Source: a virus (Duplodnaviria > Caudoviricetes). Taken from it: DNA of 64,000 nt. The stretch lies in the IMG/VR virus record IMGVR_UViG_3300028186_000155; one strand, written 5' to 3'. The notes below the pieces were generated by a model. It searched no databases and had not been told where the DNA came from. It saw only the letters and a program-made list of their open reading frames with translations. This document shows positions 38,896 through 48,322 of the stretch, piece by piece (within the stretch, counting starts at the first letter, position 1; each line of letters opens with the position of its first letter). Made by a program: the position numbers and the translations under genes.

Positions 38896-39909
38896 GTGGA
38901 TCAGCGCCAGCAACTGCGCGTTGTGCTCGGGGCCTTGCGGAACTTTGATGATTTCGCCGTTTTCGTTCTGCCCTTTTTCGTAGCGGTAGGTAACGGTTTC
39001 ATCCGGGTAGAATGAGCACGACCACCAAACGTTAGTGTTTTCTTCATAGGGCAGCATCAGGCCGACGTAGCCCTCATGATCCAGACTGGGCATTACACGC
39101 TTACGCGAATGCACGGCCAGATTTTCGCGCACGTATTCGAAGAATTCACGCGCCAACCTCAACGAATCGGGCAACGGTGCTGGCAGGTCTTCGAACCAAC
39201 CGTCTTCGAGTTTTCCGTAGGCCACATATTCAGCTTCAACACCGGCCCAAACTTTCTGGAACCACTCTTCTTTTTCGCGTGCTTGCTGCTGCATCGACAA
39301 TTCCATCAATTCAGCTTCGGCGCGTTCAATGTCGGCCTCTGTTTGGTGCGGTAAACCAGCCATCACCATTTCGCCACAAACCGGGCAGTGGTGCATGCCC
39401 ATTGGTTCACCGCTCAGCATTTCCGGGTGCCCTTGGCAATGGCCCTCAACGTTGCGGTGTACGCGGTAAATGAACGTGCGTACCGAACCCTTGGCCGAGC
39501 CTTCGAAAATGCGGTGCGACACGTGGTATTGCGTCCAGTCGTGCGGTAGTGCGTGGGTAAACGCACCGATCAAACGCATTTGCAAATCCTGCAATTCCGG
39601 TGTGAATTTGCCACCCAGTTTGAACACGTAGGTCATGCATGCATTGGGCAGGCCTTCGATATCCATCCAGTAATCTTTGCCGCCCTTGTAGCTAAACGGC
39701 ACGCGGCTTTCTTCCATCACGATTGCATCAAACGTGACCTGCAATGTGGAGCCGTCAAACTCGGGGTTTTGGTAGCCCCACAGGGTTTGGCGCTCTTCGC
39801 CCTTGAAAATCATTTGGTCGATGATCGAAGAATTGAAATCGCGAAATTCCATTGGTAGATCCTCAGAAAATTTGAACATTCTCGATTTGACGGGATTCGT
39901 TATTGCCAC
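38887..39909 (-). CDS. Hypothetical protein with a central Zn-binding-like motif
   Basis: HCQGHP...GMHHCPVCGEMVMAGLPH. Confidence 0.7.
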   Translation of the reverse strand: MAITNPVKSRMFKFSEDLPMEFRDFNSSIIDQMIFKGEERQTLWGYQNPEFDGSTLQVTFDAIVMEESRVPFSYKGGKDYWMDIEGLPNACMTYVFKLGGKFTPELQDLQMRLIGAFTHALPHDWTQYHVSHRIFEGSAKGSVRTFIYRVHRNVEGHCQGHPEMLSGEPMGMHHCPVCGEMVMAGLPHQTEADIERAEAELMELSMQQQAREKEEWFQKVWAGVEAEYVAYGKLEDGWFEDLPAPLPDSLRLAREFFEYVRENLAVHSRKRVMPSLDHEGYVGLMLPYEENTNVWWSCSFYPDETVTYRYEKGQNENGEIIKVPQGPEHNAQLLALIHKL

Positions 39910-40096
39910 CGGGACCGTCGTTAGAGAAACATTTGCGAGACTGCGCGTTGAGGTAGTCCGCCGGAGTCTTAAATTTCAGGCCCGGCCCCACGTCTTCGCT
40001 CGCAAATTCTCGGTGAAACGAATACTCCAACTGCCGTAGCCGTTTGCAGATTTTGAACGTCACCAGCACATGACGGAAAGGGGAAGGTGCTTTCAT
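39863..40096 (-). CDS. Hypothetical small protein
   Basis: ATGA overlap with the Arc-like gene; fills the gap. Confidence 0.4.
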   Translation of the reverse strand: MKAPSPFRHVLVTFKICKRLRQLEYSFHREFASEDVGPGLKFKTPADYLNAQSRKCFSNDGPGGNNESRQIENVQIF

Positions 40097-40677
40097 TCGT
40101 GGGGGTCTTCCAGCGTGGAGTACGCAACGTTCCAAAGGTTGCCGTTGGAACCTTCAACCGACGCCCGGAATTTCTCGGGGGAGAACGCCACTCTATGATC
40201 AACGTCAACCCAAATTTTACGCAGAATACCCAGCTTGTATTTGTCACCCGATTTGAATTTGACGGGCATGCCTTCTGTTGGGCGGAACACTGGTTTCTGC
40301 ACAGCGACCACCTGCCCCATCGGATCGGCAGCATCAAGCGTTTTCGGCATGGCCAGAATTGCACGCAATTCATTTTCGAATTCTTTGCCGTCAATTTCGT
40401 TGACGTACCTATCAAGTTCGATTGCGCTACTGAACCACGAACCGTTTTCCAGCAGACGCAGCACCACACGTTCCAGAGCATCGGCGCGGGCATCGGATGG
40501 CAACAGCTGCTCACCGATTTTCAGGCCGTTTTCTTCGGCCTCGATACAGGCGTCCAGCCACGCACTGATTTGGCTGTTCATCGACCGGTGGTTGCGGTTG
40601 GCCAATCGCTGGATTTTGTCGCGCATTTCACCGTCATACATGCGCACGTTGAATTTAGCTACGACAGGCCGTTTCAT
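40093..40677 (-). CDS. Arc-family ribbon-helix-helix DNA-binding protein with a C-terminal extension
   Basis: KFNVRM...MRDKI...A..NHRSMNSQI. Confidence 0.8.
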   Translation of the reverse strand: MKRPVVAKFNVRMYDGEMRDKIQRLANRNHRSMNSQISAWLDACIEAEENGLKIGEQLLPSDARADALERVVLRLLENGSWFSSAIELDRYVNEIDGKEFENELRAILAMPKTLDAADPMGQVVAVQKPVFRPTEGMPVKFKSGDKYKLGILRKIWVDVDHRVAFSPEKFRASVEGSNGNLWNVAYSTLEDPHE

Positions 40678-41489
40678 TCGGTAACTCGCTGGTTGAGGCC
40701 GCTGGAACGGCGCAGTTTGATTTTGAGATATTTACGGGTTTCTGGCTGCGGGTTGAACAGCAGGTGTGCCGCTTCGTCATGCGAAATGATTTGCACCGGA
40801 GCCGCTACCACTCGCGCACTAGCCAGCCCATATTTGAAGAGCAACGGGCCGAACTGATGCAGTGGGCCGGTGGTGTAAATTTTGTCGTTGTCGATTATCG
40901 TAACCTGATCTTTGGACCTGTAGCGTTTCGGGAATTGGCCGCTGTCAGTTTGCAGGATTTCGATTACTTGACCAGCCGACGTAATTTCGTGCTCTTCATC
41001 ACCATATTCCATGAACGATTGGCCTTCATGGTAAAAGATAGTGAAAATCGGATCGCCTTTTGCTTCGGCCATCAGGCGGAACGACACGTGCCATGCGTTG
41101 TACCAATCGGTAGTGGCACGCATGTGCGCAGACCCGACCTTGCAGGGTTTGTCCGTTGGATGCAGACGCACGCCGAGCGATTCAATGCGATTTTCTACAT
41201 CGGTAATCAGTGCTCTGAAATCGTCACGCTCAGCCTTCATGGTCGCCAAGCACTTTTCGATATATTCCAGCACTTCCTGATCAGGGACCGTATCAAAGAA
41301 CGTCTTGGCCTCAGCGACCGAGCCATCCAACATGATGCGCATGGTGTTACCGTATGACGTGACGTTGATTTTCAGCCGGTCAAACACAAACGAATAACCG
41401 GTGCGGGTAACGAAACCGAGGTCCAGCAATTTCTGACCCAGTTCTGCACGGGAACCCAAGTTAGTTTGTTTCTGCTTTGCAAGCTTCAT
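40674..41489 (-). CDS. Hypothetical protein (paralog family)
   Basis: QFGPLLFKYGL motif. Confidence 0.7.
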   Translation of the reverse strand: MKLAKQKQTNLGSRAELGQKLLDLGFVTRTGYSFVFDRLKINVTSYGNTMRIMLDGSVAEAKTFFDTVPDQEVLEYIEKCLATMKAERDDFRALITDVENRIESLGVRLHPTDKPCKVGSAHMRATTDWYNAWHVSFRLMAEAKGDPIFTIFYHEGQSFMEYGDEEHEITSAGQVIEILQTDSGQFPKRYRSKDQVTIIDNDKIYTTGPLHQFGPLLFKYGLASARVVAAPVQIISHDEAAHLLFNPQPETRKYLKIKLRRSSGLNQRVTE

Positions 41490-42316
41490 TAAATGTCATC
41501 CATCACTTTGTCGGCTAAGGCTTTGACTTCCATGAACATGCCCCGGTTGACCGGCATGCGGAAACGATATTCGTAATACTCTTTTGTGACTGGTTTGCCA
41601 CCCAGCAACAACTCGTTGAGCGCTTTGTCTTCCGATTGGCGAATCACAACGCCTTCCCGCTTGTGGCAACCGACCAAACCGAATTGGAAAAACAGCGGTT
41701 TGAAATCGCAGGCCGGGCGGTACGAGAACATCGATTTACCTTTGAACACTAGCGGCGACGATTCGTCTGGCCAGTCATCGAAGTCCTGACCCAACAGACG
41801 TTTGGTAACGTCTTGTTCGCAGGTGACTACCTGATCATAGAAAGCATGATCAAACAGGAAATCTTTGCCACGAATCGACATAGAAAACATTTCCTCTTCA
41901 CCGTTCATGTAACCACGGCAGAAGAAACCTAGAGTGAACGGCCAGTTGGTGGTTTTCTTGAACTTACCAATTACGCCCATGGTGCGCGCCCAGTATTGGA
42001 CTTCGACCGTGAGCGCCACAAATTCCTCAAGGCGTTTATTGAAAATCGCCATTTCGCTATCGATGTAGGCCACGATTTCATCGATTGGCACCGGGACACG
42101 GCGCTGGGTATTGTGATTGTAGCTGTCCCAATCCTTGCAGACTTCGATTTCGACCACGACGCCGTATTGGTTGATACGCACCGACAAATCGGTATCGGTT
42201 TTATGCTGCCACAGGTAGCCGCCGTCCGAATCGTCTTTATCGATTTTGAAGCCGTGACCACGCAGGCAATCGTTAAGCTTTTTCGAGCGAGTCATAGCGG
42301 GGTGTTGGTAGCTCAT
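41489..42316 (-). CDS. Hypothetical protein (paralog family)
   Basis: DFKPLFFQFGLVG motif. Confidence 0.7.
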   Translation of the reverse strand: MSYQHPAMTRSKKLNDCLRGHGFKIDKDDSDGGYLWQHKTDTDLSVRINQYGVVVEIEVCKDWDSYNHNTQRRVPVPIDEIVAYIDSEMAIFNKRLEEFVALTVEVQYWARTMGVIGKFKKTTNWPFTLGFFCRGYMNGEEEMFSMSIRGKDFLFDHAFYDQVVTCEQDVTKRLLGQDFDDWPDESSPLVFKGKSMFSYRPACDFKPLFFQFGLVGCHKREGVVIRQSEDKALNELLLGGKPVTKEYYEYRFRMPVNRGMFMEVKALADKVMDDI

Positions 42317-42855
42317 TTCTTCAGATCCTTGACGTATTTGTTGACGGCACGTTTTGCAGCAGCCTTGAGTTTCGGCACGGAGTCAAACCGCTTATGCCTT
42401 GCGCCTTTTACCGAACTTGTGCGGAGCGTATAAACATCCCGGCTTTCAGCACCCATGCTAACCACTTCGATTCCGTCGATCAGGATGCCCGCAATGTCTG
42501 GACACTCTGCTGGTGCGTCCAGTCGAAACGTATGGCCCGGCACCGTGACGTTTTCCAGAATCTGCTGGCGCACTTCAGCGAAATTTTGAATGATGGAATC
42601 AGCTTCGAGTTTTGCATCATCCAGCACCCGGCAAATAGCAGGCACAGATTCATCGGTAAATGTTCGTTGCACCAGCCCTTCCAGAACAATCGGGGATTTG
42701 TCCGCATTTTGTGGATCGCGGAAAATCTCCAACGCACCATCGAAATAAGCGGCGTGTACGACTGGCAGTTTCTTGTGGTGCGTAAAACCCAACTTGGATC
42801 GGGCATGCTTGACCACACGCTCGAAATCCTTCTGCGTGTAGCCGGTCATTTGCAC
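42313..42855 (-). CDS. Hypothetical protein
   Basis: ATGA overlap. Confidence 0.65.
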   Translation of the reverse strand: MQMTGYTQKDFERVVKHARSKLGFTHHKKLPVVHAAYFDGALEIFRDPQNADKSPIVLEGLVQRTFTDESVPAICRVLDDAKLEADSIIQNFAEVRQQILENVTVPGHTFRLDAPAECPDIAGILIDGIEVVSMGAESRDVYTLRTSSVKGARHKRFDSVPKLKAAAKRAVNKYVKDLKK

Positions 42856-43472
42856 ATGTCCTTGTAGGAAATCACATCAGAGTTTTTGCCGTTGTCCATA
42901 AAGAACGAATAGGCCTCAGCACGCGGCAGCGGGTAGCGCCCCGGCTCTGCATCTTTCACGTTGACTTTCGGGTGCGTGCCATCACTCATGTGGGCCAAAA
43001 CCGATACGCCATTGTTGGGCATATCCACAAAGGTTTTTTCTTCCATGTGGCGCAGATCATACAGGCGCCAGTTGAAAATGGTGAAATAGCGATACGAATA
43101 TTCGCGATTGCCCTTGACCGTCCGATCACCCACTTTGAAGATGCATTGCGTTTCGTGCGAACCGTATTTGTTCCAGTCCTGCACCACTTCGCCACGGTAG
43201 GCCCAGCCGATGGCCCCCAGCAGCGCCAGCAGGCCCACGAAGCACGCAAAGATCCAAGCGCGTACCATCCACTTGCCAAACGCGATACGGCTTTTGTCGG
43301 CCTTCGCCTGCGCGGTGCCGAGGCTGGCGACGTGTTCTGCCTCGCTGGCGAGATTTGCCGCCAACACCTCGATTTCTTCCGGCGTTAACGGAGGCAGCGC
43401 CCGGTCCGCTGCGTCTGGGACGTGCGGTGGCAATTCTTGATCTTTGTTCAGTTCGTCATTGATTTTCGACAT
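42846..43472 (-). CDS. Single-TM membrane protein
   Basis: WIFACFVGLLALLGAIGWAY TM segment. Confidence 0.65.
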   Translation of the reverse strand: MSKINDELNKDQELPPHVPDAADRALPPLTPEEIEVLAANLASEAEHVASLGTAQAKADKSRIAFGKWMVRAWIFACFVGLLALLGAIGWAYRGEVVQDWNKYGSHETQCIFKVGDRTVKGNREYSYRYFTIFNWRLYDLRHMEEKTFVDMPNNGVSVLAHMSDGTHPKVNVKDAEPGRYPLPRAEAYSFFMDNGKNSDVISYKDMCK

Positions 43473-43508
43473 GTCCAGCCCTTCCCCTGTGTGTCCCACA
43501 ATTGATCC

Positions 43509-44057
43509 TTAATATTTATCAGCGAAAAATTCAATCTTCGCCCTGTGTTTTTCAAACAGTTCTTGATCAGTAGTCCATACCAGATCAGTGTTGGTAAAGA
43601 CGTGCGTTTTCTCGCAAACGAACTGGCACTGCCGCACATTGCCAATGGCCGCCGAGTGCGCCCAGCGCATAACCATCATCAGCCGCGTAAGATTCACCAG
43701 CGGCGACGTGTAGGCCACGTGGTACACGTTCGCATTCTGGCGCGGGATATGGTTGTACAGGATAGACAGGCTGGTGCCCTCTACCCAAAACAAATTCGTT
43801 GGCTGTTCGAGGAAATATTTCTGCGGAAGCCAGCCCTGCTTCTTAACCAGAATTTTCTTTCTGATGCTGTGAATAAATTCCAGCAGGTTTTGATCTTGGC
43901 GAAAGGCAGCGCCTTCCACTAAATGCTTTAGACGGGCCAGTGTCCCGTCCATAGCTGCGCGTGCATCCCGAATGGCAATCCACTGTTCTTTTGATACGCG
44001 TGGTCGCTTTTCGGGGCTTACTTGCTGCGCTTGTGAACCTTGATTCACCTGTTCCAT
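43509..44057 (-). CDS. Hypothetical protein
   Basis: SD AAGGA. Confidence 0.65.
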   Translation of the reverse strand: MEQVNQGSQAQQVSPEKRPRVSKEQWIAIRDARAAMDGTLARLKHLVEGAAFRQDQNLLEFIHSIRKKILVKKQGWLPQKYFLEQPTNLFWVEGTSLSILYNHIPRQNANVYHVAYTSPLVNLTRLMMVMRWAHSAAIGNVRQCQFVCEKTHVFTNTDLVWTTDQELFEKHRAKIEFFADKY

Positions 44058-44075
44058 TTAGGCTTTCCTTGTACC

Positions 44076-44453
44076 CTAGATTTTTCGCCCAATTGTCGTT
44101 GGGTCTTCGGAATCGCTGATGTATTGATAGCCGCCCTTGTTGTACAGGGGCGCAGTGCGTTTCTTTTTGCGTTCGATTTCTTCCTGTGCCGCCTGTTCAC
44201 GTGCAGCCCAGTCTTCACCCTCGACCAGAAAAACGCCTTCCTCGGTCACGGTCAGTTTTTTCGCACTCGGCAAATGTCCAACGTCCGACGTGCGATATTC
44301 GAGTTTAAGGGACGATCCATCGTCCACTTTCTTTGCAGCTTTTGGCAAAGAACCATCGGCATTACGGCCCAGCTGTTTTGCCAGCTTTGCACGGGCCGCC
44401 GCTTCCTGTTGTTCTTTGCGCTTGCGTTCTTGTTGCTGCTTTTTGGTCAGCAT
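44076..44453 (-). CDS. Basic phage protein with an APxYNKGxYQY motif
   Basis: KKKRTAPLYNKGGYQYI, a motif I recall from many myoviruses. Confidence 0.7.
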   Translation of the reverse strand: MLTKKQQQERKRKEQQEAAARAKLAKQLGRNADGSLPKAAKKVDDGSSLKLEYRTSDVGHLPSAKKLTVTEEGVFLVEGEDWAAREQAAQEEIERKKKRTAPLYNKGGYQYISDSEDPTTIGRKI

Positions 44454-44455
44454 GT

Positions 44456-44779
44456 TTACTCCCGCGTTTTGAACTCGGTTTTATTGAGAATGATGGTAGC
44501 CTTATCCTTGTTTACAGTTTGGGTCACAGGCTGCTGCACAGGGGCCGGTGCGTCCACGTCTTCGGCAGAACGAATCAGGATTTCGTCACGCAGGCCACGC
44601 GAACCGAACTCGATGCCACCAATGGTCAGCGAGGATTGGCAGGTGTAGAAAATGGTTTGACCTACGGCCCAGCCAGCGGCCACGATTGGCCATGGGAATT
44701 TCACCTGCTCCAGATCCACTTTCGGATCAAACATCATCACAGCTTCTTTGCCTTCGATTTTGACAACAACGTATTTCAT
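44456..44779 (-). CDS. Hypothetical protein, diverged paralog of 34360-34671
   Basis: MKYVVV...EAVMMF...IVAAGW...GSRGLRD. Confidence 0.6.
   Translation of the reverse strand: MKYVVVKIEGKEAVMMFDPKVDLEQVKFPWPIVAAGWAVGQTIFYTCQSSLTIGGIEFGSRGLRDEILIRSAEDVDAPAPVQQPVTQTVNKDKATIILNKTEFKTRE
44510..44520 (-). promoter_or_regulatory. AAACTGTAAAC copy 5
   Basis: Exact motif 57 nt upstream of the ATG at 44453. Confidence 0.6.
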
Positions 44780-44786
44780 GTGGACC

Positions 44787-45020
44787 TCAATGGTGTGCAG
44801 CGTTTTCGAGAAGATCAGTCATGTCGTCATAACTGATGAACGCTTTGTTTTGTTCGATGGTGAAACTGCCGTTATCGACAGTAGCGATTATTTCAAAGTC
44901 GCCGGATAGTTGTCGCGGAACTGCTGCAACAAAGAAATCGCCGTAGCGGTGGATATCGGCTGCTCGGACTTGATCGATAAACAGCGTTTCGGATCGCGAA
45001 GCATATACGCGAAGTACCAT
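44787..45020 (-). CDS. Hypothetical protein
   Basis: SD GGAG before MVLRV. Confidence 0.6.
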   Translation of the reverse strand: MVLRVYASRSETLFIDQVRAADIHRYGDFFVAAVPRQLSGDFEIIATVDNGSFTIEQNKAFISYDDMTDLLENAAHH

Positions 45021-45039
45021 GGTTGTTTCTCCAGACGTT

Positions 45040-45771
45040 TCATTTAGGTTGCTCCCCTGTTTGCTCCAAAGCAAAATCTTTGGTGCGAGTAAATTGGTGT
45101 GACCTTGGTGAATTGAAATCGGTGCAGCTGAAATGCTCTGTGTCTTTGGCCCACGTGTTGAACTTCGAATAAAATCCATAACCGAGGGTGACTGGCTTTT
45201 GTTTGTGCGGCACCCGCCCCAGCAGCATATCTACCGAGAACGTTTCACCCATCGGCCACTCTTTAGCCATTTGACGAACCGCGTCCTGCAATTGCTGTTG
45301 CGTCATGCGGCGCAGTGCCAGTGGATCACGTGGCTTTTTGTTGGCGCGTCCCTTGGGCAGCGGCGCTTCTACGTCGCTAATGCGCTGGAACAGGTTGCCA
45401 TTTTGTGCCGGGATTATGCGGAACTCTTCGTGACGGCGAACCCACTGCGCGAACACAGAATGCCAGTAGCCGGGCACCTTCAGTGAACTGAATTGGTTAC
45501 GGCTATGCAGGCGAATCACAAGGTCATACAGGCTAAACATCATGCCCATTTTTATTGTGCGGGCCACCGGGACCAGTTCAGTCCATTCGAGGCTATCCAG
45601 CGGCACGGCCTGTTTTTCATACAGGTCTTCAGTGGTCGCCAAATGTTGCTCAAGAATTTTGCTAATCGCCTGTTCGACCGTTTCGCCTGTGCGCTCGCAA
45701 TGATCGGCCAGCGCACGGTGCAGGTCTTCACCAATATCCAGCTTCAACAAAACTTTTTTATCTTGTTCCAT
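45040..45771 (-). CDS. RHH domain plus two DUF1413-like winged-helix repeats (DNA-binding)
   Basis: LKLDIGEDLHRAL...CERTG.TVEQAI; repeats GxxFS(L/V)xxL...GY...F..W. Confidence 0.6.
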   Translation of the reverse strand: MEQDKKVLLKLDIGEDLHRALADHCERTGETVEQAISKILEQHLATTEDLYEKQAVPLDSLEWTELVPVARTIKMGMMFSLYDLVIRLHSRNQFSSLKVPGYWHSVFAQWVRRHEEFRIIPAQNGNLFQRISDVEAPLPKGRANKKPRDPLALRRMTQQQLQDAVRQMAKEWPMGETFSVDMLLGRVPHKQKPVTLGYGFYSKFNTWAKDTEHFSCTDFNSPRSHQFTRTKDFALEQTGEQPK

Positions 45772-45857
45772 TGTTCCTCCTTAGAGGCTGCCCCACATGC
45801 CGAACAGCCGATCCATTTCGCCCAGTGCATTCCCCTGCTGCACCGGCACCGCCTGTT

Positions 45858-46052
45858 TTACGGCAGGTGTTCCCACTCGGCTAGGATTAACCGGACTTTT
45901 AGATTGCGCCTTAGCACCTTGCATTCTTTCGGTGTGAACTGCCGGGCGCGTAATCTGCTTTTGCATGATAAAATCTTAGTCTCTTGAATTGCGAAAATAT
46001 ATTCGCCCGATGGCAACCGGGCTACATAGCGTTTACAGTTTTCCCTGTCCAC
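45858..46052 (-). CDS. Hypothetical small protein (alternative frame 45781-45966 possible)
   Basis: Fills the gap; frame ambiguous. Confidence 0.35.
   Translation of the reverse strand: MDRENCKRYVARLPSGEYIFAIQETKILSCKSRLRARQFTPKECKVLRRNLKVRLILAEWEHLP
46031..46041 (-). promoter_or_regulatory. AAACTGTAAAC copy 6
   Basis: Exact motif overlapping a stop codon. Confidence 0.55.
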
Positions 46053-46281
46053 TGCGCACCACCTTGCGCGACCAGAACAACAGGGCCACCATGGTGCCCT
46101 GAATGATGGTGATCAGGCCGTGAATTATCAAAAGTAGCCAGCGCGTTTCGTTATCAGCGGCCAAGGATTCCGCACGGAGGAAACAGATGCTGGCAATCAT
46201 CAGCAAACCCATCATTATCGCAATGGGCCATACGTTGTGCATTACAGCTTTTGCCACGCCTTTTTGTCGTTCGTTGTACAT
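46033..46281 (-). CDS. 2-TM membrane protein
   Basis: Two hydrophobic segments. Confidence 0.65.
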   Translation of the reverse strand: MYNERQKGVAKAVMHNVWPIAIMMGLLMIASICFLRAESLAADNETRWLLLIIHGLITIIQGTMVALLFWSRKVVRSGQGKL

Positions 46282-46988
46282 CAGTAAGCCCCTTCGTGCG
46301 GTGGCAGATTTTGCAGGCTCAGGGCACGCACAGCGGCTTCACGTGCGGGCAGCGTGCGGGTCCAGATGATCTTGCCGGGATCGGTGAACATTTTCGCCTG
46401 TTTCAGGAAGCCGATTTGCAATTCGATTGCGTCGGCCACGTCCACGTTCATTTCTTCGCACAGGTCGAACATGACGTGTTGCACGCAACGCGGTTCACAG
46501 CTTTCCATCAGGTCGGCATCGCGCAGCACTTTTTCCATCAAATTTTGCGGTGGGTTCGGGAAGCCGTGCGCAAACTCGGTGCAGCGGATCATGTTTTCAA
46601 TCCGGCCCAACGAAACACCGCCGAAGTAATCTTGCACGCACTCTGCTTGCCGTAGCCCGTGGATAGCGATTTGGATATTTTTGCTATCGGGACCACCACC
46701 GGTATGGCCGAAATCGTGGAACAGCGCGGCGCACAACGTTTGCGAAATTTCGTGACGCAGGCGCCAGCCCATTGCGGCAAACAATTCGAGGCAGCGGTGT
46801 GCCACACGGATGCAGTGATCGACGTTGTGGTACGGCTGGTGCGTGTCGAATTGCGGCTTTTGCACATACTCGAAAATCGCACCCATTTTGTATTCGTCAA
46901 TCGCGGCCTCAAACATGGCACGGCGATAGGTAGCGGCCACGTCCAGTTCAGCGTCCAGAACTGCTACGGTTTTTTCACTGTACGACAT
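46281..46988 (-). CDS. HD-domain metal-dependent phosphohydrolase
   Basis: YHNVDH...AALFHDFGHTG...IRCT...LRDADL. Confidence 0.85.
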   Translation of the reverse strand: MSYSEKTVAVLDAELDVAATYRRAMFEAAIDEYKMGAIFEYVQKPQFDTHQPYHNVDHCIRVAHRCLELFAAMGWRLRHEISQTLCAALFHDFGHTGGGPDSKNIQIAIHGLRQAECVQDYFGGVSLGRIENMIRCTEFAHGFPNPPQNLMEKVLRDADLMESCEPRCVQHVMFDLCEEMNVDVADAIELQIGFLKQAKMFTDPGKIIWTRTLPAREAAVRALSLQNLPPHEGAY

Positions 46989-47006
46989 TTTGGTTCACCT
47001 CTTGGG

Positions 47007-47210
47007 TTATTTGCCTTTTTGCCCGGCTGTGTAAGCTGCGCGCATCACCATGAACATACCCAACATCAGGATGCACATAATGGTGCCCATTGCCTTGTGC
47101 GCACGGCCCTTGGAGAAATCGATCATGCAATCGACCGCCATCCCGATAAGGCCAACCCAGCACACATGCCACCAGCCAATGATCGGCAATTTACTCAGCA
47201 GCTTTTGCAT
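47007..47210 (-). CDS. Small 2-TM membrane protein
   Basis: Two hydrophobic segments. Confidence 0.55.
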   Translation of the reverse strand: MQKLLSKLPIIGWWHVCWVGLIGMAVDCMIDFSKGRAHKAMGTIMCILMLGMFMVMRAAYTAGQKGK

Positions 47211-48147
47211 TCTTTTTGGCCTTCAATTCTTTTTCGTAACCGGCGCCGATGTGCTCCAGCCGTTGGGCCGTGCCTTTCTTGTCGTGCCATTTGTTGTGCT
47301 TCATTACGCGATTGACCGCTGCTTTGTGGTCGTATTTCTTTTCGCGCTCTTTGGTGTACAACTTGGTCAGCAGATCATCCGGGTTGTACCGATAAATATG
47401 CGCTTCGTCCCACACGATGAATTTCCGTTCCAGATCGAAATCGAAATGGTGGTCGCTATTGATTGGTGATCGAGGTTTGGTGCGCACCACACGCATAGGA
47501 TTTCGGGGCAAAGAATCGCAGATGAACCGTTCCATATTTTTCATCGAGGCTTCCATGTCAATGGAGTCCTCCAGACACACGGTAAACGGCTTGCCCAGTT
47601 CTGCCAGTCGTTTGTATACCTGCAATTGATGCGCATACATGGGCGGACGGCCAGCGCTGTAAAGCGGCAATCCGCCGCTCAAGTAACCGCCGGGAAGCAG
47701 GCCGGGATCGAAACCCATAATCGGAATGCGTGGCTCGGATTTTACACCCAGTCTCTCGCGAATCCATTCAAGGCTGTTTGCAAATTCTTGCGCCATTTTT
47801 TCACACTCCACATTGGTGCCTTGCACAGGGTGATTGCGCAGGAAACTGAATGGGCCGTCGTCAATTTCGCTACGGTGGCCGACGCAATCCCACATGCCGG
47901 TTTTGCCCGCGCCTTTTGGAATGTTCATGGTTTGCCATTGCCGTGGACGGGACCGGGCGAAGAGGCGTTCCCTAGCTTGCCAGTTGGTGCGGGCAGGAGG
48001 TTGCCAGCGATAATCACCAAACACCACCATGTTGCGTATACGATCCCACAGGGCTTTGGCTTCGGGTGCATTCAGTTCCATCGGGGTTTTACCGATCAGC
48101 CCAATGTAATCGACTGCCCGGAAATCACGATCATGGTTTTGTTCCAC
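47191..48147 (-). CDS. Hypothetical protein with scattered NTPase-like motifs
   Basis: GAGKT and IVWDEAH. Confidence 0.6.
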   Translation of the reverse strand: MEQNHDRDFRAVDYIGLIGKTPMELNAPEAKALWDRIRNMVVFGDYRWQPPARTNWQARERLFARSRPRQWQTMNIPKGAGKTGMWDCVGHRSEIDDGPFSFLRNHPVQGTNVECEKMAQEFANSLEWIRERLGVKSEPRIPIMGFDPGLLPGGYLSGGLPLYSAGRPPMYAHQLQVYKRLAELGKPFTVCLEDSIDMEASMKNMERFICDSLPRNPMRVVRTKPRSPINSDHHFDFDLERKFIVWDEAHIYRYNPDDLLTKLYTKEREKKYDHKAAVNRVMKHNKWHDKKGTAQRLEHIGAGYEKELKAKKNAKAAE

Positions 48148-48322
48148 GTTCTGCCTCTTTTTTCAGTTCTGCAATTTTGGTCAGTGCTTGGGCCACCAGA
48201 CGCTGGCGCAGTTTCGGCGGCACATACGCATAGTCACGATTGAGCCGGGCCGCAACCGCTTTGCCGTCCAGCCCTTCGGCCAAAAGTTTGGCAATGGATT
48301 CCGCCATTTGATCAACGACCAT
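48131..48322 (-). CDS. Small hypothetical protein
   Basis: TGATG overlap. Confidence 0.55.
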   Translation of the reverse strand: MVVDQMAESIAKLLAEGLDGKAVAARLNRDYAYVPPKLRQRLVAQALTKIAELKKEAERGTKP

